NCBI GenBank assembly: GCA_951406725.2
Contig: OX597818.1
Span: 140,492,001-140,556,000, forward strand
From: Octopus vulgaris
Lineage: Eukaryota
DNA: 64,000 nt
Direction: 5' to 3'
In this document: positions 40,991 through 57,868 of the stretch, in pieces
How the letters are laid out: the number at the start of each line of letters is the position of its first letter
Position numbering within the stretch: position 1 is the first letter of the stretch
The notes under the pieces: generated by a model
Databases searched by the model: none
Told to the model about the DNA's origin: nothing
The model's input: only the letters and a program-made list of their open reading frames with translations
Made by a program: the position numbers and the translations under genes

Positions 40991-43900
40991 ATATGCTTCA
41001 TTTGATTCCGCACAAAAGTAGATTAATTATGGATATCATATTCATATTACTGAAATTGAGTTCTTTTCTGTTTGGCAGCAGCTGTGGAAATTTCAAGGTT
41101 TACTGAAAATTTCAAAACTTGGTGTATTAATGTAGTTTTCTAAGCTGAATCTCCGGAAATATTTCACATATTCCAGAAAATTGAAAATAAAAATCTATAG
41201 AGGTATAAAGTTTGATAATTGTTCACCCAGTCATAAAACAGGATTTGGAAACTGTCATTTTGTGCGTGACGTGTTTTAGTATGAAACTCTAAATAAATCA
41301 ACTTCTGCTTTACGCATCATAAGTTTTTAGTTTTTGGAATTATCAGAAAATATTTGTGAATTTGCATTCAACATTCGGAAATTCATGCGATTATGCAAAG
41401 ACAGGAAACAAATTTATGGTGCCTGATTTAAGGCCTATTAGTCTGTTATTTTTAACACATCTCTCGATCAGAGTACAAGTAGCAGAACACAGCGTCAACG
41501 CATAAGCTTTCGAGTAGAATATATTTGTTAACACGTTCTATCTCACAGACAAAAGAGTTCTCGCGTTTCGCTTGTTACTATGGACACAGGCATGAATGTG
41601 TCTGTGGCTTACGATTGGCTAAAATTACCCCAAAATTTGCAAAATTCAAGGCTAATACCTCTTTATTTACTTATTTATAGCGAAATTGAATTTCATGGCA
41701 TTGATAAGCATATAGAACTATAGCATTGCACCGAATATGAAATCAATTCGAACAGAAATTGAAGAGTTTGATAATTGTTAGCCATACAGAAAAGTTCCTA
41801 AAATTGTCACACATAAAAAATGTAACGCATGGAACCAGACATGAAAAATAAAGGAAGTTTAACGGCCAAAATATGAACGGGTGAAACAAATGAACATGTG
41901 ACTGCTAAGACAGCAAGCTAACGCTCATTAGACTTTTGGTATGGAAGCCTATACGAAGGCGATCAGTGTATAAAAACCAACACAAAAGCCAAAATATATT
42001 TAGTTCAGCTATTAATAATAAGACTGCGAATGTCTAAAATCGTTGGATATGAACGGAACTCTACCGTTCCAAACCAACTGTCAAAAGCTAATAAGTGAAG
42101 AGGATAGATATAATTAAAAAGATACACTGTTGCGTAATTAATGAAATATTCAAAAGCAAAATACTCTTCCCATTTGTCCAAATACGCACACACACACGCA
42201 CACACACATACACGCACGCACGCAGACATATATACACACACGCATGTACGCACGCAGACACATATACATATATCTGCATATATATATATATATATATACA
42301 TGCACAGATACACACATATGTACATATGTGTATATTTTTACTTCACGTCGGTGAACATGACATATATCTTGTATGTGATGATACGTCTCTATTCAATCGT
42401 ATATTCCCGTATATATATATATATACACACACACATGCATAAATGCAGACACCCACTAACAAACACGCTCACATTCTCTCACACTCACCGTCATATACAG
42501 ACACACGCACAAAGAAACGCACTCACAAACGTACATTCACACCAACACACACACACACACATATACATACACCTCGTACTTATATGATTATATGATGCGG
42601 AATTTTGTCACGCAAACTCCTCCTATATCTTTATTAATCAACTATTTATTGTTTCAGTTTTATCTTACCAGTCAACTCAATTTTTTTCTCCTCTATTCTT
42701 TGTTCATGATTTGTTAATGGCTTCTAGACACGAAACCAAAACTTGGTCAGCTATCACAAGATTCTGCTGACAAACCTCTAATGTAAATTGTTGCTGAGCA
42801 GTTGAACAATATGCTTAGCCAAATGGTGGTTAGATTTTATCAGTTCAAACCACTTCTGTGGCGTTTATTTTATGTCATTCTATTGGAATCACAAATGAGT
42901 CAATGTTTTTTTTTCTGTCATTCTTTCAACTGTATTATAAAGAGTTTTGACTTTATAGATCCTGTAACTAACTTTAAATTAATGAATGTTACTATGTTAG
43001 CACTGCATTGGATATGTTATGGGCATCAAGATAAGTCCCTACGAAACAATGGCCTCTATATCTCTCCTTCCTTCGTTAATGCCTGCCGTGTTACCTAAAA
43101 TAGCTCATCCTCCTGCAAGCATATGCGTATAAAAGAATGATGGATGATGTGCCTGGCGCATTGACTTTCAGCGCTATTTTCTAAATTTGATTATGATTTC
43201 CTTCTTATCCATCCATTTTTAATCCTATATTTTGTAGAATCTTGTTGCAGAATATCATTTTTCTACGAGTCGATCTCATTTCAGTTTGCTTTGCTTGACA
43301 TGCGGAATTTTATATTTATTGACAACTCAAGTCACACGAACAACCTGATTTGTTTCTCATCCCTTTAAGACCTACAAAACGTACTAACATATAGGGGTGC
43401 ATTAGCGGAAATGTAAGAACATAAAACTGAATACTGTGCACTATCAGTCACTGCTCTTTCCATTCTGTGATCAAATCCCACTGCGCTAATCTCGCCCCGA
43501 GTTGAACTCCACCACGTGTCACCTTGGGTACCTTTTACAGAAATCACTCTTTTTCAAGCATTGAAACTAGGTTTCCCGTTTTAGGATTCCTACCTCCTCC
43601 CCAAATGTCTCAGAGAATCTGAAAATGGTGTTATGCAATGTCTTTCATTTTGCCTAAAAATTAAAAAATCAGCAACCAATAGTATTTCCCTATATATTAT
43701 TTTGCGAAATGGAAACGTAGAAATAACTTGTATTAATTTTAGACTAAAATTTAAAATCAGTAAGTATGACTTGAGGAAATTTGAATGTTGTTTCTAACAG
43801 TTCAAGCGCCCTAATAGAGCTTTCAACTTTGGCTCGATAGTTAGTAGCAATCTAATGTGGTGAAATAAGTCTGTAATCCTGTTTCTGCTATGTATCCACA

Positions 43901-45195
43901 ATTGTCAGTAATATCCAATAGTATTACTATTCCTCTAAAAAATGCATCTAACGTAGAAATAACTTGTATTAATCATCGATGAGAACCCAATACTTTCGGT
44001 GAGTCTATTTTTGCACCATATGAAAATTTTCGATAAGTTCTTTTTCAATGAAAAGAAGTTGAACGCCATACTGTATTATTCTTCATCTCACATAATGTCA
44101 TACTGCTTTTGAGACTAGCAAGTGCCTCGCCGACCAGTATTTCCTAATTTTCTAATATGTTCACGTAAAGTCTTGTATAGAACAATTATTCCATGCCTTG
44201 GATGGTTCTACTACAGCACAGGCAACTATTCTGAGTTGCATGAAACGAAGGGCCTCTCAACTTAGAGGAATGGAACTACTCAAACTTCTGTACGACTTAT
44301 ATTGCTTTTATGATTCCGTCCTCTGAACAGCATTTTAAATCTCTTCCTGGCAACGATTTAATGCTATTCGAGAAGACGAGTAACTTCAACGATGTCTCGG
44401 GTTTCATCATGCAGAGGCTCTGGATCTACAACATACATCCAAAACAAACTGTTCCATAAATATGTCTCCTTTGCTCGTATTCATAATATGAAAAGCTGTA
44501 AAGAGGCTTAGACTGTGCTGCTGCTTTGACTAACTTCTTGAAAACCAAGCTGAGAACTAGAGCAACGCAACACATCTGAGGTGTTTAAAGTTAAGAGTAG
44601 TTCTTGAAATATAACTATGAATGAAATGTTAAGCAAGAATCATTTGGAAGACAATGTGTCAATGATGAGACACTCGGAACTACTATAGTATTGTTAGGAT
44701 GAATTCCATGGCAGTAGCAGCGATAGGAAATCCGTGAGAAATATTCATGTGCAGCAGATTTTGATGCGGGGTAGCCATATCCAAATCATAAATATAGACT
44801 TGGTACAGTATACAGCTGATGAATTAAATTCTATTTATCCATCGGCAAATACAGGCGATGACGTTTCAACGTTTGTTATACATTTATCAATATTATATAC
44901 CTGTCTAAAATTTAGTGATTGCTAAATAAACAATGAGATACATAATTCATTTGTGTAGAATAACATACACAGTGTTATGTATATAATTTCACAGACATGC
45001 CAGTTGAATGATGTTGATTACGTCGAAGATAATACACTAGTATGTCATCTGAGTTGACACAAATTATAATAAATTCATAAGTAAATTTGTATCTTTCATG
45101 ATTTTGAAAGCAACACCCTTTCAGTGTGTATGATTAATAAACATATTTCGGTGATCAGAAACATAGTTTTCGGTAATATGTCACAAGAAAATAAG

Positions 45196-45400
45196 ACGGT
45201 GAGCTTATGGAATCGTTAGCACACCGGGGAAAATACTTAGCGGCATTTCCTCCAGTTTTACATTCTGACTACAAATTACGCCGAGGTCGACTATGCCAGT
45301 GACCCTTTCAAGGTCAATAAAATAAGTACCAGTCGCACACTGGATCAAGGAAATCGACTTATCCCTCCTCTGAAATTGCCGGTCTAATGCCAAAATTTGA
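45196..45400 (+). mobile_element. SINE family D, degenerate
   Basis: cgccgaggtcgact...ataagtaccagtcgcacactgg; homologous to 46300-46517. Confidence 0.7.
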
Positions 45401-46299
45401 AATTAATATTTCATTAGAAAACACATGGGTTGCGCAGTAATTAACCGTGTATATATAATGCAGGCAAGCTATGTATTTTCTGTGCACTGGGTGCACTGTG
45501 CTTATACTAATTTCAGCATTTTAAATTTTTTTGATAATATAACAAATGACAATGATACACAAATTACTTAGATGATTTTAGAAATAATAGAAAGGTTTAA
45601 AACAAAGAGGAAAAGCGTAAATTATCCAAAGCCAAATGCTACTGTAAATATGTTACTGAGAAATAATGTTGAGTAATAATGCTCCAAGAATTCTCGAAAT
45701 AAATTGACTTGAAAAATAAAATCGAAAGCATATCATGTATTTTCTCAAAGGAAATTTCTACAGTATAGTTTTTTTTTAACAATAGTTATAAATAAATATA
45801 TTGTTGTAAAAGGAGGTTGAAATGTATGTATAACTTAATAATAATTTATGGTATTATATTTTTGGTGACCTTTTAAAACAACACTGCGTTCTATTATCAC
45901 TTGAATTCTTTCAGTCATTCGGATAGGTCATGCTTGGCATTCCCAACTATGACATTGACGATTACATCAGCAGTAGTATTTATCACCTGGTGCTTACTAT
46001 TTTCCCCTATACCTGTAATTGAATGAGAGGCAAATTGGAATTCAGAGTTACAAGTACTAGAAAAGGTATATTGTTAGACCTCTCCAAGTTCTGCATTGTA
46101 TACAGCCAGTCGTAAAGAACCTTATAAAAAGAAACTCTGCTCAAAGTATCGTATATTTTGTTTTCAATAAGTCAACTCTAGTAAAATATAATGAACTGTA
46201 CCTACTTCTGTTTCATTCCCATAACAACAGAGAAAAAAAAGTTAAGTGTGTGGAGAAAATTAATTTATCACTGAAACTAACAAATAATTATTTGTTATA

Positions 46300-46517
46300 G
46301 GGTGGCGAGCTGGCAGAAACGTTACTACGCCGGGCGAAATGCGTAGCCGTATTTCGTCTGCCATTACGACCTGAGTTAAAATTCCGCCGAGGTTGACTTT
46401 GCCTTTCATCCTTTCGGGGTCGATAAATTAAGTACCAGTTACGCACTGGGTCGATGTAATCGCCTAAATCCGTTTGTCTGCCTTTGTTTGTCCCCTTTTT
46501 GGGTAGTAAAGAAATAA
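46300..46517 (+). mobile_element. SINE family D with 16-bp TSD
   Basis: GGCGAGCTGGCAGAAACGTTA...GCCTTTCATCCTTTCGGGGTCGATAAATTAAGTACCAG; TSD AAATAATTATTTGTTA at 46282-46297 and 46518-46533. Confidence 0.88.
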
Positions 46518-47248
46518 AAATAATTATTTGTTAGTTTGAAGATTAAATCCGTATGTCGTGTGTAGAAGGGAAATATATTTTCCAAATGTACTTTTGTTGA
46601 ATGGCCGAGGGAATAATAATTAATTCAACCTTGTTTTTACTATTAGACTGACCACATGACAGTTTTGAATCGTCAGAGTGGAAACTCCCCACGGCATACG
46701 AACATATTTTAACTGAGATACTTGACTATATATTCTCTATCGACCAATCTCAACGTGTTACTTCGGAATCAATATTTTTCTTACACTCAGAATATATTTT
46801 GCAAATATTTAAAATATAAGGAAATGTTTTTGTTCGCCATACAAGGTCATATATATTTGTAAATTATTATAAAATCGTACTTTCACTACTAGCCCTTATT
46901 CCTTTGAATGTTGGTCAGGGCGATGTAAACGATATATGGTTTATCACAAAGGCAATAGTAGCATACCTGAAATTTAACTTATGGGTGTTAACTTAAAATA
47001 GAAACCCAGTGACGCATATTTCTAAAGTGAGCTTTCCGTATATTTAAGTCAACTGTAATTGGCGTTAAGTAAATAAAACCCGCTGTAACGTATCTAGGTT
47101 TATTAAATCCTTCTGATGCTTGCTATAAGCACAGTTTTTAGTATAGACATGATAATTTATCTACAACTGATATAAACATAAACATGTACATATATGTGTG
47201 AAGCACACAATCACGAACACATATAACATACACACATAAACGTATATA

Positions 47249-47284
<36 letters not shown>

Positions 47285-47319
47285 TGTATAACAGATGTAT
47301 ATATGAGCATGTGCATAAG

Positions 47320-47357
<38 letters not shown>

Positions 47358-49643
47358 TGTGTGAAAACAAAAATAGAATGAGCAGACCTTAGTAAAAGAA
47401 AATTGATCATATATTTACTTGTTATCTGATATGTGTGATCTGAGTTCACTTTAAGCCATACATTTATGCATGATTTTGATATATCACGTAGACAGTAGGG
47501 GTCCTGTAAGGAAGATATTTTCTTTTTAAAAATCCTGTAAACTTAAGAGGATAAGGATATACAGATGTATAGGTATGAATGTGAGCCTCTGTATGTGTAT
47601 GCAGTGAAACTGTATTTTTTTAACGCTTTCAATCGATTCCGGCGCATGTGTTATTTTTATAAGCTTTTCTCTTATCTCGTCTTTTATTTTTCCCCCCTTT
47701 CAAGTGTTTTGCTCGTCCTTCGATTCGTATGTTAGCGTAAAAAATATTATTCATATATTCTAAACGATAGCAATGTTACCATATAGAAAATGAGGAGGTG
47801 AAATATATTTTAGTTTTGTAATATATAATATGGATAGAGCAGGTGGTGAAGACGCGCGGTGAGGCACAGAAAGAAAAGTAGAATAAATGAGTAGTTGAGT
47901 GAATGATGTATATGAAGAGAAAATCTTACAAAACTAAAGAAGACAGCAAGCAACTTGATCGTTATTCTGTGGAAAATAAGAATAAGAAGTAGAGTTGTCG
48001 AGATAATATTATATCCATATTCATTTCTAATTGCTACTGTATTCCTGTCAAATCTCAATGACATGCTCTCAGCGATTCCTGTAACTGCCCTTTGGCAATG
48101 TTGAATTCTTAATGTCAATGATTGACATGGCGTCTCTGCATCATTTCCGAATATCTGCACAGTAATTTTAACGGTCGGTTTTTACATCCTATCTCTGCAT
48201 CTCACCGCCATATTCCCTTCTTGCTTTGCTTTTTCTCAGTTTGTTGTAAAGCAAACCTTTTTTTTTTTAATAATCTCTTTTCCTTTCACCAACATTGATA
48301 TTGTTAAGTATTTTCTGCGCTCATCCCGCTCATGTTTTTGGTTACCGTTATAGATCAAGTACAGAATTCAAACGGAAATAAAGTTTTCATGCTACACGAC
48401 ATCTCTTCAAGAGAAACGCATAGAATTTCATTTAAAGTTGAATCGTAATTAAACTGATGCAAAAGTAAAACGAAATGATTCAAGAATGCAAAACACTTAA
48501 CTAAAATATATCCTCAACTATAAATAAACACAAAAACAATTATGGAAATACTTCAATTTGCATTATCATTCGTGCTTTCTGGTTTTCCTTTTTCTAATTC
48601 TAGTTTGTTGTATTTCTAATTCTAGTTTGAATATTAATGAATTCTGGTAGACAGTGTTAAGAGATTAAGTGCCATAAATTTTCAGTGGAAAATTTTGCCG
48701 ATTCTTAAATACAAAAAAAAAAAAGAATGAAAACAGAACTAAATGGTTATTTCTTCAGTAAAGATGGCTAGCTTTTCATTTAAGATAATGTCAAACGTAT
48801 CTTCCTGACAAAGACGTTTCTCTGTACTGTATAAGTATGGACATACGCGGCGTATGCGAATGTGCACGAGGATATTCACTGGTTTTCTTTGTATTGTTCC
48901 GTCCGTTCCAGGCTCTCTATCATTTCTCTGTCAATACCCCTCTCTCTCATTCTCTCTCTCTCTCTCTTTCTTTACTATTATATTATACACTCACACACAC
49001 ACACACACATATATGTCAGTATGTATGAATGTATTTCTGTCAGTAAGATCGTATTGTATCCTTGTCTGTGTATGAACATATATAAACTTACTCTAAATAA
49101 ATAGCAGAGACATCAATACCATTTCATCCTTAAGCAAAAACAAACAAACAAAAAAATGGAGAAATCATTTACCATTGGTTGTATTCTTTTTTGTTTGGGT
49201 TCATTTGAGTTCTCCGCTGGTGATTTAGCAAAGCAACGGTTAACACCACTCAGCTACTCTCACCTCAATCCTGTCTTTCATGTAATTTGTGTCTCACTTC
49301 TGGTTCTATCTGTAAGTAATACAAGGCGAGCAGAATACCGTCTCATAGTAAACTCACTCTTCTCACAAGGGAACTTCCAATAACTGGAAATAGTGCCAAA
49401 AGAGCATCAAGTTAATATTTGACTCGAATATGGCACTCCATCTACGTAAGTATTTATCCAACAACACTTACAAATCAGTCTGTCCAAACTCGTAGACAAC
49501 ATATTCCTCTTCACAGCATTTGCATTACCTCCTTAGGTGCATCACATAACATGAGCCACTCTGTAGTCAATAAGTTTCAAGTATTCTGGAATGCATAAAT
49601 GTACTGCGTCAGTATTTTGACAAAAATTAATGAGTCTCATATT

Positions 49644-49677
<34 letters not shown>

Positions 49678-49753
49678 GCTCTCTATCTATCTATCCATCG
49701 ATATGTTTCTCTCTCTCACTCTTTCTCTCTCCTCTTCTTTTCGCTGTATGTTT

Positions 49754-51358
<1,605 letters not shown>

Positions 51359-52625
51359 CAGCCGAAATTTCGAGGATGATCCGGTTCTTGACTGAAGATA
51401 AAATGCTCCGAATGACCCGTCCTTGTTTTTTTTTTTTTTGTATCGTCTATTTGGATGTTTTGTTATCCCCTTTTGTATCTCCTAGTTGTCCGGATGTTTT
51501 ACGTTCTTGTCCCATTTTGTATTTTATTTTATATATATATATATATATATTCACATATACATAGATGTGTGTGTGTATTATTTATTCACACAGTGATAGA
51601 TACAGCTCAGTGGACAAATAAAAATATGAGACACTGCCTCATCACCACGCCTGCACCTATGATTTGTTACTTATAATCACATAAGTGTTTACGAATATTA
51701 TTTATGAATATATAATAAAGGCATACTCAGCTCGCACAATATAGCAATTTTGAGACTGTTCATATTGCGATGTACCTACATTGAAGGTCCGATATTTAGA
51801 TGCATGTTATTGAAACCATACTTCAATTTCTGGTTCGGTTTTCGGTTTTTATACATCATTTGTTGTTACTTCCAAGTAGCTTGTCATGGATGCGGCCGGT
51901 ATTTTCGGTTCATTCAGCAAGCTGACAGACCGAAAATAGGCTACTCAAGCCTCTGCTTCTGCTCTATTAACACTACTCCAGGCAAGTATGAACCATCCAG
52001 ATATTTTACCCCTGATCCAGAGCCGCCTTGGAGCAGCCCATGCTAACTCCGCATCCTAAGTGATGGTACTCCACCTGTTGGACCGTGTAATGCCCATAAT
52101 TAAATATAGGAAATTTGATGATTTTCAGACGTCATAAAAGTTGTTTCAGCCAAAGGACAATCAGTTATATGTGTGTGTGTATGTTTGTGTGTGTGTATGT
52201 GTGTGTGAGTACGTGTGTGCATGTGTATATATATATATACATATCCATGCATATATACAAACGTGTGTGCGTGTAAATAAACAGCGAAGGACTTATCAAA
52301 TACGCCTAAAGCATTATAGTATTTGCAATGTGAAGAAATAATCGAAAAAACTGAATTTCATATCTAGTAAAACTTAAACATACACATATACACACAAACA
52401 CTCACACATATAATACAATTAATATTTTAAAATATTCATTTTGTGCAGTCGTCCCAAGAAATGTATGATGGACATTGCAATAATAGTTTTAATTATACCA
52501 TCACAATGATGTTTTGTTTGGAAGTTCTGGTCTTTTGTAGTGTAGTTTAGATAGACAGAGACTATAGGAAGATTACTGCTAAGTTGGTAGTTGTAAGGGT
52601 GTATTTGAAGATCTTATTTCTGCTT

Positions 52626-52660
<35 letters not shown>

Positions 52661-52664
<4 letters not shown>

Positions 52665-53066
52665 ACTCTTTTCCTTGTTTCACTCATTTGACTGCGGCCA
52701 TGCCGGAGCACCGCCTTTAGTAGAGTTAATCGACCCCAGGACTTATTCTTTGGAAGCCTAATACTTATTCTATCGGTCTCTTTTGCCCAAACGCTAAGTT
52801 ACGGGGACGTAATCACACCAGCATCGGTTGTCAAGCGATGATGAGGGAGACAAACACAAACACACAAACATATACACAAACATGCATATACATATACATA
52901 TATACGACGGGCTTCTTTCAGTTTTCGTCTACCAAATCCACTCACAATGGTTTGGTCAGCCCGAAGCTATAGTAGAAGACACTTGCCCAAGTTGCCACGC
53001 AGTGGGAATGAACCCGGAACCATGTGGTTGGTAAGCAAACTACCTACCACATAGCTACTCCTGCGC
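52661..53066 (-). mobile_element. tRNA-derived SINE, family B
   Basis: Collinear with 24081-24480. Confidence 0.9.
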
Positions 53067-54514
53067 TATAAAGCTGTTTCATAAAGCTGTTTAAAAGAAC
53101 GTGATATAACTGATATTTCTCAATCATGCACGCGTGCTTCATATTTTACTTAATTTAAGAGCAGTGTTGTGGTCATAATCATGAATTAAATTAAGGGGAT
53201 ATTATAAATTCTAGATTCCTTCAATTTCTGGACGTACTAGTATAGAGAGGTGGAACATAATTTATCTCTGGATCATAATGAGACCGCATGTTGTATATAT
53301 CTGGTTTTAATGTGTTCCTTTATATTCAACTAATCGATAGCGTGTTTAGCTGTTATATGTATTGTGACCTTCGTGAGGCATTATTCATTGAGCAGGCAAG
53401 ACGTTGTTCTGCTGTAATTAATTTCAGGTGGTTGATCTTAAATTTTCTTACTGCTATTACTGTAGTCACAAAGGAATATATACCAAGCGATTTTTCATAC
53501 AGCTATAGCTAGGCTATACATTATTCTTAATAAAGTGTTTCTGATATATATTACTAATGGATAATATTTTCATTTCCAGCATCGATAGGAAATTTCTTAC
53601 TCTATTAGATGTTACGCTCGCAAGGAAAGGTGGCGGTGAAGCAAATAATTTGTCGTTTACGATATTTGCTTTTCTTCTTTCAAAATATTAATTTACAATG
53701 CATCGTTTTAGGTAACTATAGAGGGGTTAAATATTTCCTTAGATAATACGGTGATATTTTCCAATAATATTACTGAATACATATTTTATATGTTTAATCA
53801 CAGAGCCCATCGCACGAAAAATTCTTCTTTATTCATAATTTCTATTCCGTATTGTACTGCACATTGGGCTGTTCTAGAATGGCTTTCTTATAAGTTAATA
53901 CCTTTATCAAACTACCTTCTCTAGATAACATGACATTGTGAGAGAATATTTGCATTATGTGAAAAAATTATTTTGAAACATGATAGGTGTTTAAATGATA
54001 TGTGTCCTGAAAATTGCACACATACTCGTACGTAAACGTACACACATATACACATACGTGTAGTGCAATGAAGCGGAACGAGTTGTTCCTAGTATTTCAC
54101 TGGTGTTTTATCAACCCCGGACAGATGAAATTTAAAGTTAACATGAACAGGGTATGAAATCAGAGTACAGAAGCCCGGAAAAAATAACGCACTGTATTTT
54201 ATCCGTTTGTCTACAAATAGGAACAACATTTTAGTCTCACATAATGAGCAATATCTGAATTTTTCAGTAACTTAGCTGTTTATTAAGAAACTCCCTCTCT
54301 GCTACGGACAAACTGGATATACTTTCTGCTATTCCCCTATTGAACCATTATCAGGAAAAATATCGGCCCAACGCTTACCGATGAAGATGAGAAAACTTAC
54401 GACGTTCCAGACCCTAATGAGTTCATTTTTAGTACACGACGAGCGACTGTCGACAGGTGTACGGTTGAAAAAAATATATAGGAAGGAGAGTGCATATCGT
54501 CTCTTCATATATCG

Positions 54515-55143
54515 GTTTCAAATTTTGGCACAAGGCCAGCAATTTGGGGGAACGGTTATAAGTCAATTAAATCGTCCCCAGGACTCAACCTGAATTTATT
54601 TTATCAAAATTGAAAGAAAGAAAAGCAAAGTCGACCTCAGCGGCATTTGAACGTAGAAAGTAAAGACGAACGAATTGCCGTTCAGCATTTTTTGCCGCCG
54701 GCGTGTTTATGATTCTGCCAGCTCGCCCCCTAGTCTCTTCATATATTATATATATTTCTTTATTGCCCTCAATAGAGGGGACAAACAAGGACAGAAAAAG
54801 GGATTAAGTCGATTATATCGACCCAGTGGTACTTAATTTATCGACCCCGAAAGGATGAAAGGCAAAGTCGACCCCAGCGGAATTTGAACTCAGAACGTAA
54901 CGACAAACGAAATACCTATTTCTTTACTACCCACAAGGGGCTAAACACAGAGGGGACAAACAAGGACAGACATAGGTATTAAGTCGATTACATCGACCCC
55001 AGTGCGTAATTGGTACTTAATTTATCGACCCCGAAAGGATGAAAGGCAAAGTCGACCTCGGCGGAATTTGAACTCACAACGTAACGCAGACGAAATACCG
55101 CTAAGCATTTCGTCCGGCGCGCTAACGTTTCTGCCAGCTCGCT
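54515..55143 (-). mobile_element. Cluster of three SINE family D copies (one old, one 5'-truncated, one full)
   Basis: Repeated tttatcgaccccgaaaggatgaaaggcaaagtcgacc..gcggaatttgaactca. Confidence 0.88.
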
Positions 55144-56108
55144 CCCTAGTTTCTTCATATATTATATAGAAACACGCATACACACATATATCATTCACAC
55201 TGGAAGACCTGCGCGTATGCACACTCACTCTCTCTTTCTCTCTCTCTCTCTCTCACACACACACATACTCATACACGAACTTACGCACAGATATATATTA
55301 CATGCACGCATGACTGTACCTCTGTATTTATGCTTGTATATAGACAAATAACACATCCATTTATCTAAGTATAGATTGTTGAGTGTGTAAGGCTGATATT
55401 ATTTCCTATTTATATCACATACTTCAAAGAACTATACATACACTCCATAAACGAAAACACTTATCGCCAAAGCAATGCAATGACATGGCCGCATTTCAAT
55501 AATTGGAACGAAAGACTGGTAATATGTAAGCAATATATATGGTAAAATATAAAAATGCGATTTACACATTTTTTGCATGATATAACATACGGGGATTTTC
55601 CGATTCAGTAACGAACATTCAGAACAAAATACCTTTGTGGAATATGTGAACTCTGAGAAACGAACAACTCAAAACTATTGAATTCCAGATCTCCAAACAT
55701 ATGTATGTCATCAACGCGTTTAAGACAGCGAAGTTATTTGACTTGGCATTTATATTCACATAATGACCTGACTGGTATTTGTGTTGGAGGTATCATATTT
55801 GAAGGTAGAAATGTACAAGCAATTGTGAGGATATAGCTTCTGTGCGCGCGTGTGTGTGTGAAAGTGTGTAAGAGAGAGAGTGCGCTCGCTGTGTTTATGT
55901 AGACGCTCAAAAAATGTGTGCATATATCAGTGTTTGTGTGAAGGTGTGTGGGTGGTGAAATGCTTAAATATGCGTGTTTACTTGATTATATTTCTGTACG
56001 GGTGTTTTCTAGACGCTACTCACGCAGGCATGGATGTTCAACACATGCAATACGTAAAATAATATTTTTCATACGCACACTCAAACACACGGACAAACTC
56101 ATACGAAC

Positions 56109-56165
<57 letters not shown>

Positions 56166-56280
56166 ACGAACAAACACTCACATGCAGATGCGCGGGGATA
56201 CGTACACACACAGATACACATAGAAAAAAAGACAAAGGAAATTTTAAATATGTAATTGAAATTCACATATATATATATAA

Positions 56281-57252
56281 CTAGCAGTATCGCCCGGCGT
56301 AGCTCGGGTTTGTAAGGGAAATAACTATAAAGCATTTTTAGAGAGTTATAGCCAAAAAATAGCAAAAAATGCATTAAAAATGGAAGAAAAATTATAGTAA
56401 ATTTTTTTAAAATCGTTGACTCATCGTAGACATTTTTAGAGAGTTACTTCCCTTATATAATAGCAAAAAAATGCATTAAAATGGGAAAAAATGATGGTAA
56501 ATTATTTTTAAAATCGTAGACTCATCGTCGACGCGCGCTAATACCCAGAAGGGCTCGATATGAATCACGACTATAAGATACCCGGTTTTGGTTAAACTGC
56601 ACCGCAAAATGTGGGAGTAGTTAGGAATCTAAATCGTAGGAGACAGACACTCACACAACTACAGTTTTATATATATAGATATCTTATTTTTGACTTGTTT
56701 CTGTCATTAGACACACAACTTCACTTTTATATATAAAGATTTGTGCAACAACTAAAACATTCGGTTGTGCAAATTGTTTGCACAGGAAACCTGCCCTGTG
56801 TGGCGGTTTTTGCCGTTTTTGTGGATCTGTTTCAGCTTTTTTAGCGATTTCTGTTTTGGCGACTTCAAGCCATGAAGTCGTTGTTCTAAAAGAACGCTGG
56901 TCTCCTTGACAACGCTTTACGACGTTGATTTCCTTACACTCCCTTCCCCACACCTTCACGAGGGAGGGAAGAAGGGGAGAAGCAACACAGGTGCAGGTGT
57001 GAGCATGGACGCCAACTCCGCCGCCATCGACACACGAAAAAATATGCGTTAAAATGGAAAAAATTATGGTAAATTATTTTTTAAATCGTAGACTCATCGT
57101 AGACGCGCGCTAATACCCAGACGGGCTTGATATGAATCACGACTATAAGATACCCGAATTTTGGTTAAACTGCACCGCAAAATGTGGGAGTAGTTAGGAA
57201 TCTAAATCGTAGGAGACAGACACTCACACAACTTCACTTTTATATATATAGA
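56281..57252 (-). mobile_element. Composite non-autonomous Helitron array (family of 16741-17133)
   Basis: One CTAG/hairpin 3' end at 56281; 5'-TC termini at about 56679, 56739 and 57252. Confidence 0.85.
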
Positions 57253-57370
57253 TATTTGGAGGCTGGAAGTTTTTCAATCGTAAGCTTACTTCACGTTACG
57301 GATTAATCAAACGTACGAAGAAGCGTCGCAAATCGCTAAGGTACAATTACAGAAATATCTATTACTTGTT

Positions 57371-57868
<498 letters not shown>

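Noticed and set aside
43715-43973. 24-bp direct repeat aacgtagaaataacttgtattaat about 235 bp apart
   Set aside because: Only two copies; a local duplication or old TSD, not a CRISPR-like array.
44100-44760. Higher-complexity block that may be a decayed transposase
   Set aside because: No diagnostic motif recoverable by manual translation.
44855-44895. Minus-strand TTGATAA...GAAACGTC hammerhead-like relic
   Set aside because: Two core mismatches in AT-rich sequence; not distinguishable from chance without paralogs.
51385-51425. CTGAAGA...GAAT...GTC in a (TA)n-flanked cassette
   Set aside because: Stems I-III do not pair; too degenerate to call.
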